From a virus, in IMG/VR virus record IMGVR_UViG_3300028592_000008, positions 1 through 64,000 of that record: a DNA stretch of 64,000 nt. One strand, 5' to 3'. Below are positions 36,844 to 47,036 of the stretch, one piece after another. Within the stretch, counting starts at the first letter, position 1, and each line of letters begins with the position of its first letter. Position numbers and translations under genes: made by a program. Below the pieces are notes generated by a model. The model saw only the letters and a list, made by a program, of their open reading frames with translations, was not told where the DNA came from and did not search any database.

Positions 36844-39053
36844 GGTACATCGAGGACGTCCTGGCCGGAGACTCCGATCTTCCCCCGGAAACGGTGGAGA
36901 AGTACCGCCGTTTCTACGAAGACTGGCAAAAGCGGGTCGGGGTGGACGTCGGGAACGGTCTGACGGAGGAGCAAGCGGCCGACCGCTGGCCGTGCGCCTT
37001 CCGGGTTCCGACCGACGAGATCGTTGTGTGCCAGCCATGCCAAGGGGCCCGGACGCACACGCTCTGCGACTGCCTGATGCTGAAGAAGAAATGCACGGTC
37101 AGAGCCTCCAGTCAGCGGGGCGTCCTGACGTGCCTGACGTGTCAAGAAAGGGAGGGGCAGGTGACAGCTCCGATGGACGATGGCCGGTGGGTGGTGGGGG
37201 TGACAACGGCGCCGCGGCGCGGGTCGACTCTGGGGCAGTGCCTCGCGTCGCTGGTGGCGGCGGGGTGGCGGCCGATCGTCTTCGCGGAACCCGGGACCGA
37301 CGTCACGGCGGCGAAGCAACTCGGCCTGCAGGTCGTCCAGTGGAAGAAGCGGATGGGCTGCTGGGGGAACTGGACGGCGATGTCCCGGCACCTGATCGCG
37401 TCGTTCCCGGACGCCGAGATCGTCATGACCGTCCAAGACGACACGATCTTCCACTTGGAGTCGAAGCGCTTCGCCGAGGCGAACGGGGTGTTCCCGGCGA
37501 CGCCAGAGACGACCGGGTTCTTCAGTTTCTACACGGCGAAACACTACCAGTACCGCTACCACGTTGTCCGGCCTGACGGGTCAATGGTGCAGGACTACCC
37601 GAGCCTGCTCGCGGCGGACAAGGCGATCAAGAATCCGAAGTACCCGGGCCGAAAGCTGAAGTGGGTCCAGAAGCCCCGCGGCGCGCACCAGATTGTCACC
37701 CGCGGGTTCTGGGGGGCGTGCGCGCTGGCTTTCCCGCGGGAGTCCCTTCGGCGGATCATCAATCACCGGATCGCGCTCGAGTGGCGCGGGGCGAACGGGA
37801 ACCAGAGCGGGGCGGGGATCAAGAACTCCGACACGGCGATCGGTAAGATTTGTGACACGCTCAACCTGACGATGTGGGTCTGGCAGCCGTCCCTCGCCCA
37901 GCATGTCGCGAAGCACTCGACCCTGGGGCACGGGGACAACTCCGGCCGGCGGGCGGCGCAGATCGTCACGAAGGACCCCTGGAAGGACGGGATCCCGGAT
38001 CAGCGGATGACGTGGGCCGACATGAACGATCTCGACGTCCAGTGCGCGAGGCTGGCCGCGAGACTCCCGAAAGACATCCGCGCCGTGGCCGGCGTCCCGC
38101 GGTCCGGACTCCCGGCGGCGGCCCTGCTCGCGAAGCACCTGCATCTGCCGCTTATCACGATCGACGAGTGCATGGGGCGGACGCAGAACTCCTATCGACC
38201 GAAGGTCAGCCGGCCGATCCTGAATCCCGCGGAGGGGAAGGTTCTGATCGTCGACGACTCCATCGGGAAGGGGAAGACGTGGAAGGAACTCAAGCCGCTG
38301 ATTAAGGTTCCGTTCTACACGGCGACGCCGTACTCCCGGGACCAGGGGATTCAGCACACTGACTTCGTCGGATGCGAGATCCAGAATCCTCAACTCTTTC
38401 ACTGGCAATGGCTTAGCGTGAATTCGACCAAGCTGTGCGCGTTCGACATGGACGGGGTGATCTGTGAGGACTGGACGGGTCCAGAGCAGGCACACGAGGT
38501 CGCGCGGGTCGCGTACGAGGACTTCCTGCGGAACGTGCTCCCCTTGCACCTGCCTCGGGTCCGGATCCAGGCGATCGTCACCGGCCGGCGGGAGCGGTAT
38601 CGCGCCGAGACGGAGGAGTGGCTGTCGCGGCACGGCGTCGAGCATGGCGGCCTGCATATGCTGCCAGACGACTCCCGGCTCAATCACGCAGAATTCAAGG
38701 CCAGGACGCTGCAGCGGCTTACGGGGGTGGTATGCTTCGTGGAGTCCAGTTCGCGGCAAGCCGAGCACATTGCCCGGGTGACGGGGCGATCGGTCTTGTG
38801 CGTTGAGAACTGGCGGATGCTGAACGGCCTCGCGCCGAAACCCCATGCAGCGACTCAAGCCGGTCATCCTCGACCCAAGAATCAAAAGCCAGTTCCCGCC
38901 GCCCCCCGTGTGGTCGATGAAGGAGTTGTCGATGGCGGCCCCGTTCGTCCAGTCACTCTCGACGCGGCGGGTCTACCTCGAGATCGGGGGTTTTCGCGGC
39001 GGCACGCTGCTGCACGCGAGCCAGTGGGTGAAGCCCGGGGGGCTGCTGATTAG
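36840..39053 (+). CDS. Multidomain enzyme: Cys-rich N-terminus, GT-A glycosyltransferase-like, PRTase-like and HAD-like domains
   Basis: VGVTTAPR...VMTVQDD...QH...HSTLG (GT-A); AGVPRSGL...VLIVDDSIGKGKT (PRTase); AFDMDGVIC...IVTGR...K...FVESS (HAD). Confidence 0.75.
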   Translation: MRYIEDVLAGDSDLPPETVEKYRRFYEDWQKRVGVDVGNGLTEEQAADRWPCAFRVPTDEIVVCQPCQGARTHTLCDCLMLKKKCTVRASSQRGVLTCLTCQEREGQVTAPMDDGRWVVGVTTAPRRGSTLGQCLASLVAAGWRPIVFAEPGTDVTAAKQLGLQVVQWKKRMGCWGNWTAMSRHLIASFPDAEIVMTVQDDTIFHLESKRFAEANGVFPATPETTGFFSFYTAKHYQYRYHVVRPDGSMVQDYPSLLAADKAIKNPKYPGRKLKWVQKPRGAHQIVTRGFWGACALAFPRESLRRIINHRIALEWRGANGNQSGAGIKNSDTAIGKICDTLNLTMWVWQPSLAQHVAKHSTLGHGDNSGRRAAQIVTKDPWKDGIPDQRMTWADMNDLDVQCARLAARLPKDIRAVAGVPRSGLPAAALLAKHLHLPLITIDECMGRTQNSYRPKVSRPILNPAEGKVLIVDDSIGKGKTWKELKPLIKVPFYTATPYSRDQGIQHTDFVGCEIQNPQLFHWQWLSVNSTKLCAFDMDGVICEDWTGPEQAHEVARVAYEDFLRNVLPLHLPRVRIQAIVTGRRERYRAETEEWLSRHGVEHGGLHMLPDDSRLNHAEFKARTLQRLTGVVCFVESSSRQAEHIARVTGRSVLCVENWRMLNGLAPKPHAATQAGHPRPKNQKPVPAAPRVVDEGVVDGGPVRPVTLDAAGLPRDRGFSRRHAAAREPVGEARGAAD

Positions 39054-39471
39054 CATTGACGCCCCGGATGGCCCGGGCGGTGGCGGGGCCCGGGCGTGGG
39101 ATGACCTGCAGGATTCGGCCAAGATCGTCCGAGATCGAGGGTTCCGGGTTCACGTCATCGAGGGGCTGTCGTCTTCGCCGGAAGTCATGGAACGGGTCCG
39201 GGATATCCTGGGAGAGCGGAAGATCAACATCTTGGTGATCGACGGGGACCACGGCCCGGGGGCGGCCTATGCGGACTGGACCCGGTTCTCGCCGCTGCTC
39301 GATGGCTTGGGGATCTGGCACGACTGCGGGGTGCCGAACGGGCTCTACGATCTGTCGACCGAGTCGATTGAGTGCATGCGGTGGACTCGCGCGGGTTTCG
39401 ACTGCGCGGCGGTCGGCCATTGCTTCGCCACCCTGCAGGATGACTTCGGAACCGGGCTGATCTGGTCCTGA
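38845..39471 (+). CDS. Class I SAM methyltransferase (Methyltransf_24-like)
   Basis: YLEIGGFRGGT, LISID, ILVIDGDH, IWHD. Confidence 0.85.
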   Translation: MQRLKPVILDPRIKSQFPPPPVWSMKELSMAAPFVQSLSTRRVYLEIGGFRGGTLLHASQWVKPGGLLISIDAPDGPGGGGARAWDDLQDSAKIVRDRGFRVHVIEGLSSSPEVMERVRDILGERKINILVIDGDHGPGAAYADWTRFSPLLDGLGIWHDCGVPNGLYDLSTESIECMRWTRAGFDCAAVGHCFATLQDDFGTGLIWS

Positions 39472-39530
39472 GCGTTTCCCGGGAAACGATTTGCCGGTAG
39501 CATGTCCCCCGGGTGACCGAGGAGACGGCG

Positions 39531-39863
39531 ATGCTTTTCCCGAAATTGTGGCTGGATTTCATCAGCGATCAGCTCGTGAATGCGAAGGCAGTTCGCATGT
39601 CCGGCTGCCGCGCCGCGCACGTCCATGTCCCGGCCTCGACGAGCGTTACGACGCTGACGTGGTACGGGTCACCGACGCGGGACGGGGCGTTCGCCGCGAT
39701 CCAAGGATCGACCGGAACTGCCATCACGTCGACGAACATCGACGGGACGGCCGGCTGCTATGCGGTCCCGGCGGAAGTCCTGGGGGTGCCGTGGGTCAAG
39801 GCCGTGGGCAACGCGGACGGGGACATCACGCTCTCGGCGGACTACGATAGCGCGGACGTCTGA
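39531..39863 (+). CDS. Hypothetical beta-sandwich virion protein
   Basis: GAGGAG RBS; beta-rich. Confidence 0.5.
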   Translation: MLFPKLWLDFISDQLVNAKAVRMSGCRAAHVHVPASTSVTTLTWYGSPTRDGAFAAIQGSTGTAITSTNIDGTAGCYAVPAEVLGVPWVKAVGNADGDITLSADYDSADV

Positions 39864-39884
39864 ACTTTCGCGCGGGGGTAGGTC

Positions 39885-40256
39885 ATGAAGGTCCCGGTCA
39901 TCCATTTCGATGTCTACGATGAAGCTCTGACGTGGGAGGAGTTCGAGCTCACGGACGAGGACACCGGGGACCCGATCCTGCTGACGAGCGACGGGACGTC
40001 TGGGGGCGTGGCCGACAAGGCGCGGGCTACCATCTTCGACCCGAACGGCGGCAACGTGCTGTGGACTGCTCAGTCCGACGACGTCAACGCCCAGATTTCG
40101 ATCACCCCGCTCAGCGGGAAGATTCAGCTCATGCCGGACTTCAGCAGTGCCGGCCCGCAGTCCTGGCCGGATGGTGCCAAGATCAAGATTGACCGCTTGC
40201 GGAACGACGGGGCGGTGATCCCGTTCGCCCGCGGAACCGCAAAGCTCAATAAATGA
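39885..40256 (+). CDS. BppU-like / tail fibre attachment protein (putative)
   Basis: FELTDEDTGDPI.L...A.ATI pattern; directly precedes the fibre gene. Confidence 0.45.
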   Translation: MKVPVIHFDVYDEALTWEEFELTDEDTGDPILLTSDGTSGGVADKARATIFDPNGGNVLWTAQSDDVNAQISITPLSGKIQLMPDFSSAGPQSWPDGAKIKIDRLRNDGAVIPFARGTAKLNK

Positions 40257-43200
40257 CCAATCTGATCCAGCGGACGACGAACATCACGCTCCGGCAGAGC
40301 GGCCCGACCCGGCTGACGACTCGCCCGGTGTCGAACCGGGTGATGGGTCAAACCCGAATGCGGCTCGTCCAGAAGGCCCTCCAGACGCGGACGCTGTACG
40401 TCAACCAGGGGCTCCCCGGTCCGCAGGGCGTTGGGGTGCCGGTCGGCGGGACAACGGGGCAGGCGCTCGTGAAGGCGAGCGGCACCGATTACGACACCGA
40501 GTGGGCGACCGTCTCTGGAAGCGGGGAGGCGAACACCGCGTCGAACGTCGGGGCGGGGCAGGGGGTCTTCAAGGCGAAGTCTGGCGTCGATCTGCAGTTC
40601 TTCTCGCTCGCCGCCGCGGCGAACGATGTGTCCGTCACGCTGGACGGGGACACAATCAAGATCGGCGTGGTGGAGTCGAATTTCGCGGGCATCCCGCAGT
40701 CTGCGGTGACGAACCTCACGACAGACCTGGCCGGGAAGGTGGACGAGAACCCGGCGATCACTGCGGCGACGAAGACGAAGATCACGTACGACGTCAAGGG
40801 GCTGGTGACCGGCGGGGCGGATGCGACTACTGCGGACATCGCTCCTTCGACGGACCGGCAGTACCTCACGGACGCGCAGCAGACGGTCGTCCAGAACACC
40901 TCGGGGGTGAACACCGGGGACCAGAACGCCTTCACGACGCTGGTCGTCGCGGGGCAGTCGAACGTGGTGGCGGATCAGCCCGGGGACACGCTGACGATCG
41001 CCGCGGGGACGAGCATTGCGATCACGACCAATGCCGGAGCGGACACCGTCACGATCGCGGTGGACGGCCTCGACATCGGCTCCGATGTGCAGGCGTGGGA
41101 CTCGACGCTGGACGCTCTCGCGGCGTTCAACACGAACGGGTTCATGGTGCAGACCGCGGCCGACACCTTCGGGGCCCGGACCATGACCGGCACCTCGAAC
41201 CGGATCACCGTCACGAACGGGGACGGCACCGTCGGGAATCCGACCTTCGACATCGCGGCGACGTATGTCGGGCAGAGCTCGATCACGACCTTGGGGACCG
41301 TGACGACGGGGACCTGGCAGGCGACGCAGGTCGGCATCCTCTACGGCGGCACGGGGGCGACGACGGCGAGCGGCGCGCGGACGAACCTCGGCCTGGGGAA
41401 CTCGGCGACGCGGGACGTGGGGACCGGCTCCGGGGACGTGGCGGCCGGTGACCACACGCACACGTCGAGTGCGATCACCGACTTCAACTCGGCGGTTGAT
41501 GCCAGGATCGCGGCCTCGACGCTGGCGATCACGGACACGTTCGTCGTGGCGGATGAGACGGCCCGGCTCGCGCTGACGGATGCGGAGCGGGGGGACGTGG
41601 CGATCCAGACGGACGACGGGTCGTCGTGGATCCTCGGCGGGGCGAACGATCCGAGCGACCCGGCTGACTGGTTCCAGCTTGGGGTTCCCGGCTCGGCGCC
41701 GGTGACGTCGGTCAATGGGCAGACCGGGGCGGTCGTGCTGACGACGGCGGACGTGGCCGACAGCACGAATAAGCGGTACGTCACGGACGCGCACCTGACG
41801 ATCCTCGGGGACACCTCCGGCACCAACACGGGGGACCAGAACACGTTCAGCACGATCGCCGTCTCGGGGCAGTCGAATGTCGTGGCCGACGCGACGACGG
41901 ACACGCTGACGCTCGCGGCCGGGGCGAACATCGCGATCACGACGAACGCCTCGACGGACACGGTCACCTTCGCCGTGACGGGGCTGACGATCGGCTCCGA
42001 CGTGCAGGCCTTCGACGCGGATCTCTCGGCCCTGGCGGCGCTGACCGGGACGAACACGATCTACTACCGCTCAGGGGTCTCGACGTGGACCGCGGTGACG
42101 GTGGGGACCGGACTCGGCTTCAGCGGCGGGACGCTCTCGGCGACGGGCGTGTCGGTGACGGACGGCGACAAGGGGGATATCACGGTCTCCTCGACCGGGA
42201 CCGTCTGGACGATCGACAACGGCGTGGTGACCTACGCCAAGATGCAGGCCACGTCGACGACGGACGTCCTGCTGGGGCGATCCAGCTCCGGCGGCGGGAC
42301 GATTCAGGAGATCGCCTGCACCAGTTTCGCGCGGTCGATTCTGGACGACGTGGATGCGTCAGCAGTCCGGTCGACTTTGGGGCTCGTGATCGGGACCAAC
42401 GTCCAGGCGTACGACGCGACGCTGGCGGCGCTGGCGGCCTACAACTCGAACGGGCTGGTCTGCCAGACGGCGGCGGACACCTTCACGTCCCGGACGATTA
42501 CGGGGACGGCGAGCCGGATCTCGGTGACGAACGGGGACGGGGTGAGCGGCCAGCCGACGATCGACATCCACTCCAGCTACGCCGGGCAGACGTCGATCAC
42601 GACGCTCGGGACGGTGACGACCGGGTATTGGGCAGGGACCGCGGTTGACGTGGCCTACGGCGGAACGGGCTCGAACACGCCGGCAGGGGCCCGGTCGGCC
42701 TTGCAGCTCGAGTATGGCGTTCACGTCATGGCGTACGATGCCGGGCTGCAGGCGCTCGCCGGCAACACCCCGGCGGCGAACAAGCTCCCGTACTACACCG
42801 GCTCCACAACGTCGGCCATGACGGACTTCACCGCCGCGGGGCGGGCGCTGGTCGGGCTCGCGAACGCGGCGTTCCTGGTGTGCGGGCGGCTGACCCTCGA
42901 GAGCGGGGTTCCGGTCTCGACTTCCGACCAGTCGGCGAAATCAACGATCTATTTCACCCCGGACGGCGGGGACGTGGTCTGCATCTATGACGGGACGCGG
43001 TTCGTCCCTCGAACCTTCGCTGAGCTCAGTCGTTCCATCTCCGGCCTGACCTCCGGCAAGAATTACGACGTCGTGGCGTACTGGTCGGGCTCCGCTGTCG
43101 TCATCGACCTGGCCCTCGCATGGACGAGCGATACCGCCCGGAACACCGCCTTCTCGCTGCTCAACGGGATCTGGGTCAACACGTCGAGTTTCACGACGGT

Positions 43201-43699
43201 CATGGGGAGCGTGTCGATCTCGGCGAACCAGGCGACTCTCCTCGGGACCATTCGGACGACGGCAACGAATCAGACCGAGGACTCTCAGACGAAGCGGTTT
43301 GTGTCGAACTTGTGGCGCCCGGCGATTCGCCACTTCAACCGCACGGACGCTACGAACCACACCTACAGCTCGACGACCGTGCGCGGCTGGAACAACGCCA
43401 GCACGCATTGCCTGGAGTGGGTGACGTGCATTCCGCGGAACTCGGCCACCCTGACGCTGAACGCTGCCTTTAACGCGAGCGGCGCCGGGTCGCAGGGGGC
43501 GCGGGTCGGCGTTGGCAGCGTCACGACGGCGCACATCCAGTGGCTCGACTGGAACAGCACAATCATCCCCGGGCTGGCGATCCCGTTGGTCGTCGCCCCG
43601 GCTGGTGGCTACAACATTTACTACGTGACGGAATCTGCGACGGGGTCCGGGAACTCGAACTACTATTACTACACGTTCGGCGGGGGGGTCTGGAATTGA
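40253..43699 (+). CDS. Tail fibre protein with internal repeats
   Basis: 1148 aa, Thr/Gly/Ala-rich; GLPGPQG, KITYDVKGLVT, YGGTGATTASGARTNLGL, DVQA.D..L.ALA, GRLTLESGVPV modules. Confidence 0.85.
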   Translation: MTNLIQRTTNITLRQSGPTRLTTRPVSNRVMGQTRMRLVQKALQTRTLYVNQGLPGPQGVGVPVGGTTGQALVKASGTDYDTEWATVSGSGEANTASNVGAGQGVFKAKSGVDLQFFSLAAAANDVSVTLDGDTIKIGVVESNFAGIPQSAVTNLTTDLAGKVDENPAITAATKTKITYDVKGLVTGGADATTADIAPSTDRQYLTDAQQTVVQNTSGVNTGDQNAFTTLVVAGQSNVVADQPGDTLTIAAGTSIAITTNAGADTVTIAVDGLDIGSDVQAWDSTLDALAAFNTNGFMVQTAADTFGARTMTGTSNRITVTNGDGTVGNPTFDIAATYVGQSSITTLGTVTTGTWQATQVGILYGGTGATTASGARTNLGLGNSATRDVGTGSGDVAAGDHTHTSSAITDFNSAVDARIAASTLAITDTFVVADETARLALTDAERGDVAIQTDDGSSWILGGANDPSDPADWFQLGVPGSAPVTSVNGQTGAVVLTTADVADSTNKRYVTDAHLTILGDTSGTNTGDQNTFSTIAVSGQSNVVADATTDTLTLAAGANIAITTNASTDTVTFAVTGLTIGSDVQAFDADLSALAALTGTNTIYYRSGVSTWTAVTVGTGLGFSGGTLSATGVSVTDGDKGDITVSSTGTVWTIDNGVVTYAKMQATSTTDVLLGRSSSGGGTIQEIACTSFARSILDDVDASAVRSTLGLVIGTNVQAYDATLAALAAYNSNGLVCQTAADTFTSRTITGTASRISVTNGDGVSGQPTIDIHSSYAGQTSITTLGTVTTGYWAGTAVDVAYGGTGSNTPAGARSALQLEYGVHVMAYDAGLQALAGNTPAANKLPYYTGSTTSAMTDFTAAGRALVGLANAAFLVCGRLTLESGVPVSTSDQSAKSTIYFTPDGGDVVCIYDGTRFVPRTFAELSRSISGLTSGKNYDVVAYWSGSAVVIDLALAWTSDTARNTAFSLLNGIWVNTSSFTTVMGSVSISANQATLLGTIRTTATNQTEDSQTKRFVSNLWRPAIRHFNRTDATNHTYSSTTVRGWNNASTHCLEWVTCIPRNSATLTLNAAFNASGAGSQGARVGVGSVTTAHIQWLDWNSTIIPGLAIPLVVAPAGGYNIYYVTESATGSGNSNYYYYTFGGGVWN

Positions 43700-44145
43700 T
43701 TCCGACGATCGAGGAGATGCTGCAGTGCCGGGGCAGTTTTGAGGATCTCAGCCGGCGGCTCGTCGCGGCGGGGGTGCCGTTTGTCGGCATGGCAAAGGAC
43801 CGGATCGACTTCGCGGAGGGAGCCACTCCTGAGCAGCAGGCCGCGGGGAACGCGATCCTCGCCGCCTGGGACTGGAACGCTCCGCCCTGCCCGGAGTCGG
43901 TCTATATGTTCCAGTTGCGGAAAGCCATGCGCGATACCCTGATGGTTGAGGGGGCTCCGCAGTACGGCTACACGCTCCCGGTGCTCGAGGCCTACATCGT
44001 GGAAGCGAACGACGAGGATCTGCGGGACGACTTCGAGGCGGCCGAAGTGCGGCGGGATCATCAGACCGTTATCGGCCTGGCCCTGATGTTCGGCTGGAAC
44101 GATGATCGGCTGGACGATCTGTTCCGTCTCGCGAAGACGAAGTAG
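43696..44145 (+). CDS. Tail fibre-associated (chaperone-like) protein
   Basis: Follows the fibre gene; ends ..V.RDH..V......GW.D.RLDDLFRLA. Confidence 0.55.
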   Translation: MIPTIEEMLQCRGSFEDLSRRLVAAGVPFVGMAKDRIDFAEGATPEQQAAGNAILAAWDWNAPPCPESVYMFQLRKAMRDTLMVEGAPQYGYTLPVLEAYIVEANDEDLRDDFEAAEVRRDHQTVIGLALMFGWNDDRLDDLFRLAKTK

Positions 44146-44147
44146 GC

Positions 44148-44175
44148 TTGATCTGTTCGGGCATGCGGTTAATAT
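44148..44175 (+). promoter_or_regulatory. Putative sigma70 promoter for the recombination/replication module
   Basis: TTGATC-16-TAATAT at the module boundary. Confidence 0.4.
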
Positions 44176-44210
44176 TTCGCCCGCTGGCTGGAACGGGACA
44201 CGGGTGACAC

Positions 44211-45164
44211 ATGGACTCTTTTGGCGACGAGCCGAATGTTTCCGGCGAAATGGTGAAGTGGGATCACGACACCTACAACGCCGACCGGACGCGGGTTCGA
44301 TCAACGAGCATGAAGTGGCTGTCGACGGCGCAGGGGCCGCGGGCTTACTTCTGGAACGTCTTTCATCCGGAGTACGTCGAGTCCGGCCGGCTGTGTGACC
44401 GCAAGGTCGGGCCGATGCAGCTCGGGACGATTTTCCACGACTTTCTCCTCGAGGGGAACCGGAACTGGCGGGTCCTGAAAAGCCGGCGGAATTCGCACGC
44501 CGCTCAGGACGAGATGAATGAGTTCCCGGACGTCTGGTTCATCAGCGAGCAGCAGCAGAAACAGATCCTCGGGATGCGGGACGGCGCGATGGCGAACGCC
44601 ACCATCCGCCGGCTGATTGAGACTCCCCGGAAGAAGGTCGAGCAGACGGTCCTGTTCGACGGGCCGCACGGGATCGCCTCGAAGATCCGCCTCGACATCC
44701 TCTGCCGGGAGATGAACGAGGACATGGGCATCTGGGACCTGAAGACGTCCCTCGCCGAGAGTCGCGACAAGTTCGATCACGAGGTCCGGCGGCTCCGGTA
44801 CTACCAGTCCGCGGCGCTGTATTCCTACGGGCTCCGGACGGTCAAGGAGTGGAAGGATTGGGACCCGACCTTCCGGCACATCGTCGTCTCAAAGAAGTGG
44901 CCCTACTACTCTTACGCTTTTGACCTCGACTTCGAGACCTACATCAAGCCGGGGCTTGTGCAGGTCGCGATGGCGTACACGACGCTCGCCGAAATCTACT
45001 CCACCTGCAAGGAAAACGGGGTGGACCCGGCCTCGATGGAGGCGCTGCCGTTCTGGTACGACCGCGTGGAGCGGAATCAGGGGAACCCGCTGGTCGCCCC
45101 GCAGTGGTTCAAGCCGGATCTCTTCGACCCGGATTCTGTGATTGGCGAGCCGGAGGATTACTGA
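44211..45164 (+). CDS. RecE/exonuclease VIII-like PD-(D/E)XK nuclease (DUF3799-like)
   Basis: MQLGTIFH...LLE; KIRLD; IWDLKTS; YYQSAALY. Confidence 0.85.
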   Translation: MDSFGDEPNVSGEMVKWDHDTYNADRTRVRSTSMKWLSTAQGPRAYFWNVFHPEYVESGRLCDRKVGPMQLGTIFHDFLLEGNRNWRVLKSRRNSHAAQDEMNEFPDVWFISEQQQKQILGMRDGAMANATIRRLIETPRKKVEQTVLFDGPHGIASKIRLDILCREMNEDMGIWDLKTSLAESRDKFDHEVRRLRYYQSAALYSYGLRTVKEWKDWDPTFRHIVVSKKWPYYSYAFDLDFETYIKPGLVQVAMAYTTLAEIYSTCKENGVDPASMEALPFWYDRVERNQGNPLVAPQWFKPDLFDPDSVIGEPEDY

Positions 45165-45165
45165 G

Positions 45166-46128
45166 ATGGGTGAGATGATCGTCCTGCCGGCCGTAAAGCA
45201 CTCGATGGCCGCGCAGTTCAAAACCGACCTGATCCGGCTCGACCCGTTCGTACCGGAGCACATGCGGCAGGCTTTCTATCCGTCGTTTCTGGCCGAGGTC
45301 AACAACCTCAAGCCGAACGTCGACTATCGCTCCGTCATGGTCGCGGCGATGAACTGCGCCGTCGTTGGCCTGGCCCCGGGCGCGGCGAGGGGGCACTGCT
45401 ACTTAGTTCCGTTCTGGGACAAAGACAAGGAGGTCGCATGCGCTCAGCTCGTGATGGGCTACAAGGGGTGGATGGAGCTCGGGTATCGGTCGAACCATCT
45501 GGGTATCATCCACACGCCGCAAGTCGTTCTCGAGGGGGAGGAGTTCGAGCTCTGGAGCGACGAGAACGGCCACCACTTCCGGCATCGCCGTCCGCCGACG
45601 CGGAGGGACAAGGGGTCCCGGAGGAATGTCGTCGGGGCGTACGTCGCCTATGGGACGACGAGCGGGCACAACTCGTACACCTACGTTGACCGCGGGGAAC
45701 TGGACGAGGTCGACAGCCAGAAGAACGTCTGGAAGTCCGACTACATCGCCATGTGCATGAAGACCGCGATCCACCGGGCGGCGAAGACCTGGCGGACGAC
45801 GTCGGAACTTTCGGCGGCGCATCGCTCGGACGAGACGATGGAGTACGCGAACGACGAGGTCGCTGCGGCGGCCGATGCGATCCTGACCACAGCCAAGGAG
45901 CAAAACCAAGGGGCCCGGGTGAAGGCGATGTTCGAGGCCGAAATGCAGGCCATCACGCCGAAGCGGGAGAAGTGGGTCGACTTCTGCCGCTGGGTACTTG
46001 GCGACCCGACCGTTGACCGTCCACATCTTGACGATCCGTACTTCTGCCAGCGGGTCATGGATGAACTGGAGCAGCGCAAGGCTCCTCCAGAAGACTTGGC
46101 CCGGCAGAGCGGAGTGATGAGCGAATGA
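45166..46128 (+). CDS. recT: RecT-family single-strand annealing protein
   Basis: GL.P...GHCYLVPF, AQLVMGYKG..EL..RS, W..DY.AM..KT. Confidence 0.85.
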   Translation: MGEMIVLPAVKHSMAAQFKTDLIRLDPFVPEHMRQAFYPSFLAEVNNLKPNVDYRSVMVAAMNCAVVGLAPGAARGHCYLVPFWDKDKEVACAQLVMGYKGWMELGYRSNHLGIIHTPQVVLEGEEFELWSDENGHHFRHRRPPTRRDKGSRRNVVGAYVAYGTTSGHNSYTYVDRGELDEVDSQKNVWKSDYIAMCMKTAIHRAAKTWRTTSELSAAHRSDETMEYANDEVAAAADAILTTAKEQNQGARVKAMFEAEMQAITPKREKWVDFCRWVLGDPTVDRPHLDDPYFCQRVMDELEQRKAPPEDLARQSGVMSE

Positions 46129-47033
46129 GCCGACCCCCACGTCTGAACGAGTGGAAGTACGAAAACCTGCATCCCCACCCGCTGAACGCCGAAGTGTTCG
46201 GCCCCCTCGAGCCGGGGATCGACGCCCTGGTCGAGCGGATCCGGGAGCACGGGCAGCAGCGGCGGACGGAGATCCTGCCCCAGAAGACGATCGCGTCGGA
46301 CGGCACGGAGCTCCCGGCGGGGACGATCATCAAGGGGCACCGCGGCTCGCTCGCGACGCATCTGGCCGGGTTCGCGGACGTGAAGGTCATCGAGCGGTGG
46401 GATCTGATCGACAGCCCGATGGAGGCCGAATTCGAGCTCCTGTCGGACAACGATGTTGAGCTCTACCGGAAGATCACGGACAAGATCAAGGTCCGGATGA
46501 TCGCCGAGATGCGGAAGCGGACCGGCAAGAGCATGTCGGACGTGGCGGAGGCCATGGGGACCAGCAAGTCGACGGTCCACCGGGCCGAGAAGATTGCCGA
46601 GGCTCAGGAGGTCGCGCACCCGGAAGACAAGGCGGCCATCGACGCCGTGCTCGAGGAGGAGGGGATTCGCCCGGCGATGGACCTGGCCGAGACCGTCCTG
46701 AAAGAGCGGGACCGGATCGAGGCGGCGGAGCCGAAGAAGAGGCGGACCACAACGAGCAAGCCGGCCGAGGAGAAGCCGCGGAAGAACCCGGCCCCCGTCG
46801 TCGCCCCGCGGGAGACCCCGGCGGACTTGCCGGTCAGCCAGGCGTTCGGGATCGCGACCGACATGAAGCGGATCATCCGGGACACCCTCGGCTCCAAGAT
46901 CAAGAAGATCGAGGAACTGATCGGCGCTCCCGGAGGGACTCCGAACACGCTGGCCGTGCAGACGTCGCTCGAGCGGGCGGCGGAACTCGTCCAAGACCTG
47001 ATCGACGCGCACCTGACCGACTTCCAGGGATAG
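46125..47033 (+). CDS. ParB-like protein (ParB N-terminal domain plus HTH)
   Basis: LHPHPLNAEVFG...LVERIREHG...IIKGHRG...LLSDN; HTH SMSDVAEAMGTSKSTVHR. Confidence 0.75.
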   Translation: MSRPPRLNEWKYENLHPHPLNAEVFGPLEPGIDALVERIREHGQQRRTEILPQKTIASDGTELPAGTIIKGHRGSLATHLAGFADVKVIERWDLIDSPMEAEFELLSDNDVELYRKITDKIKVRMIAEMRKRTGKSMSDVAEAMGTSKSTVHRAEKIAEAQEVAHPEDKAAIDAVLEEEGIRPAMDLAETVLKERDRIEAAEPKKRRTTTSKPAEEKPRKNPAPVVAPRETPADLPVSQAFGIATDMKRIIRDTLGSKIKKIEELIGAPGGTPNTLAVQTSLERAAELVQDLIDAHLTDFQG

Positions 47034-47036
47034 GCA

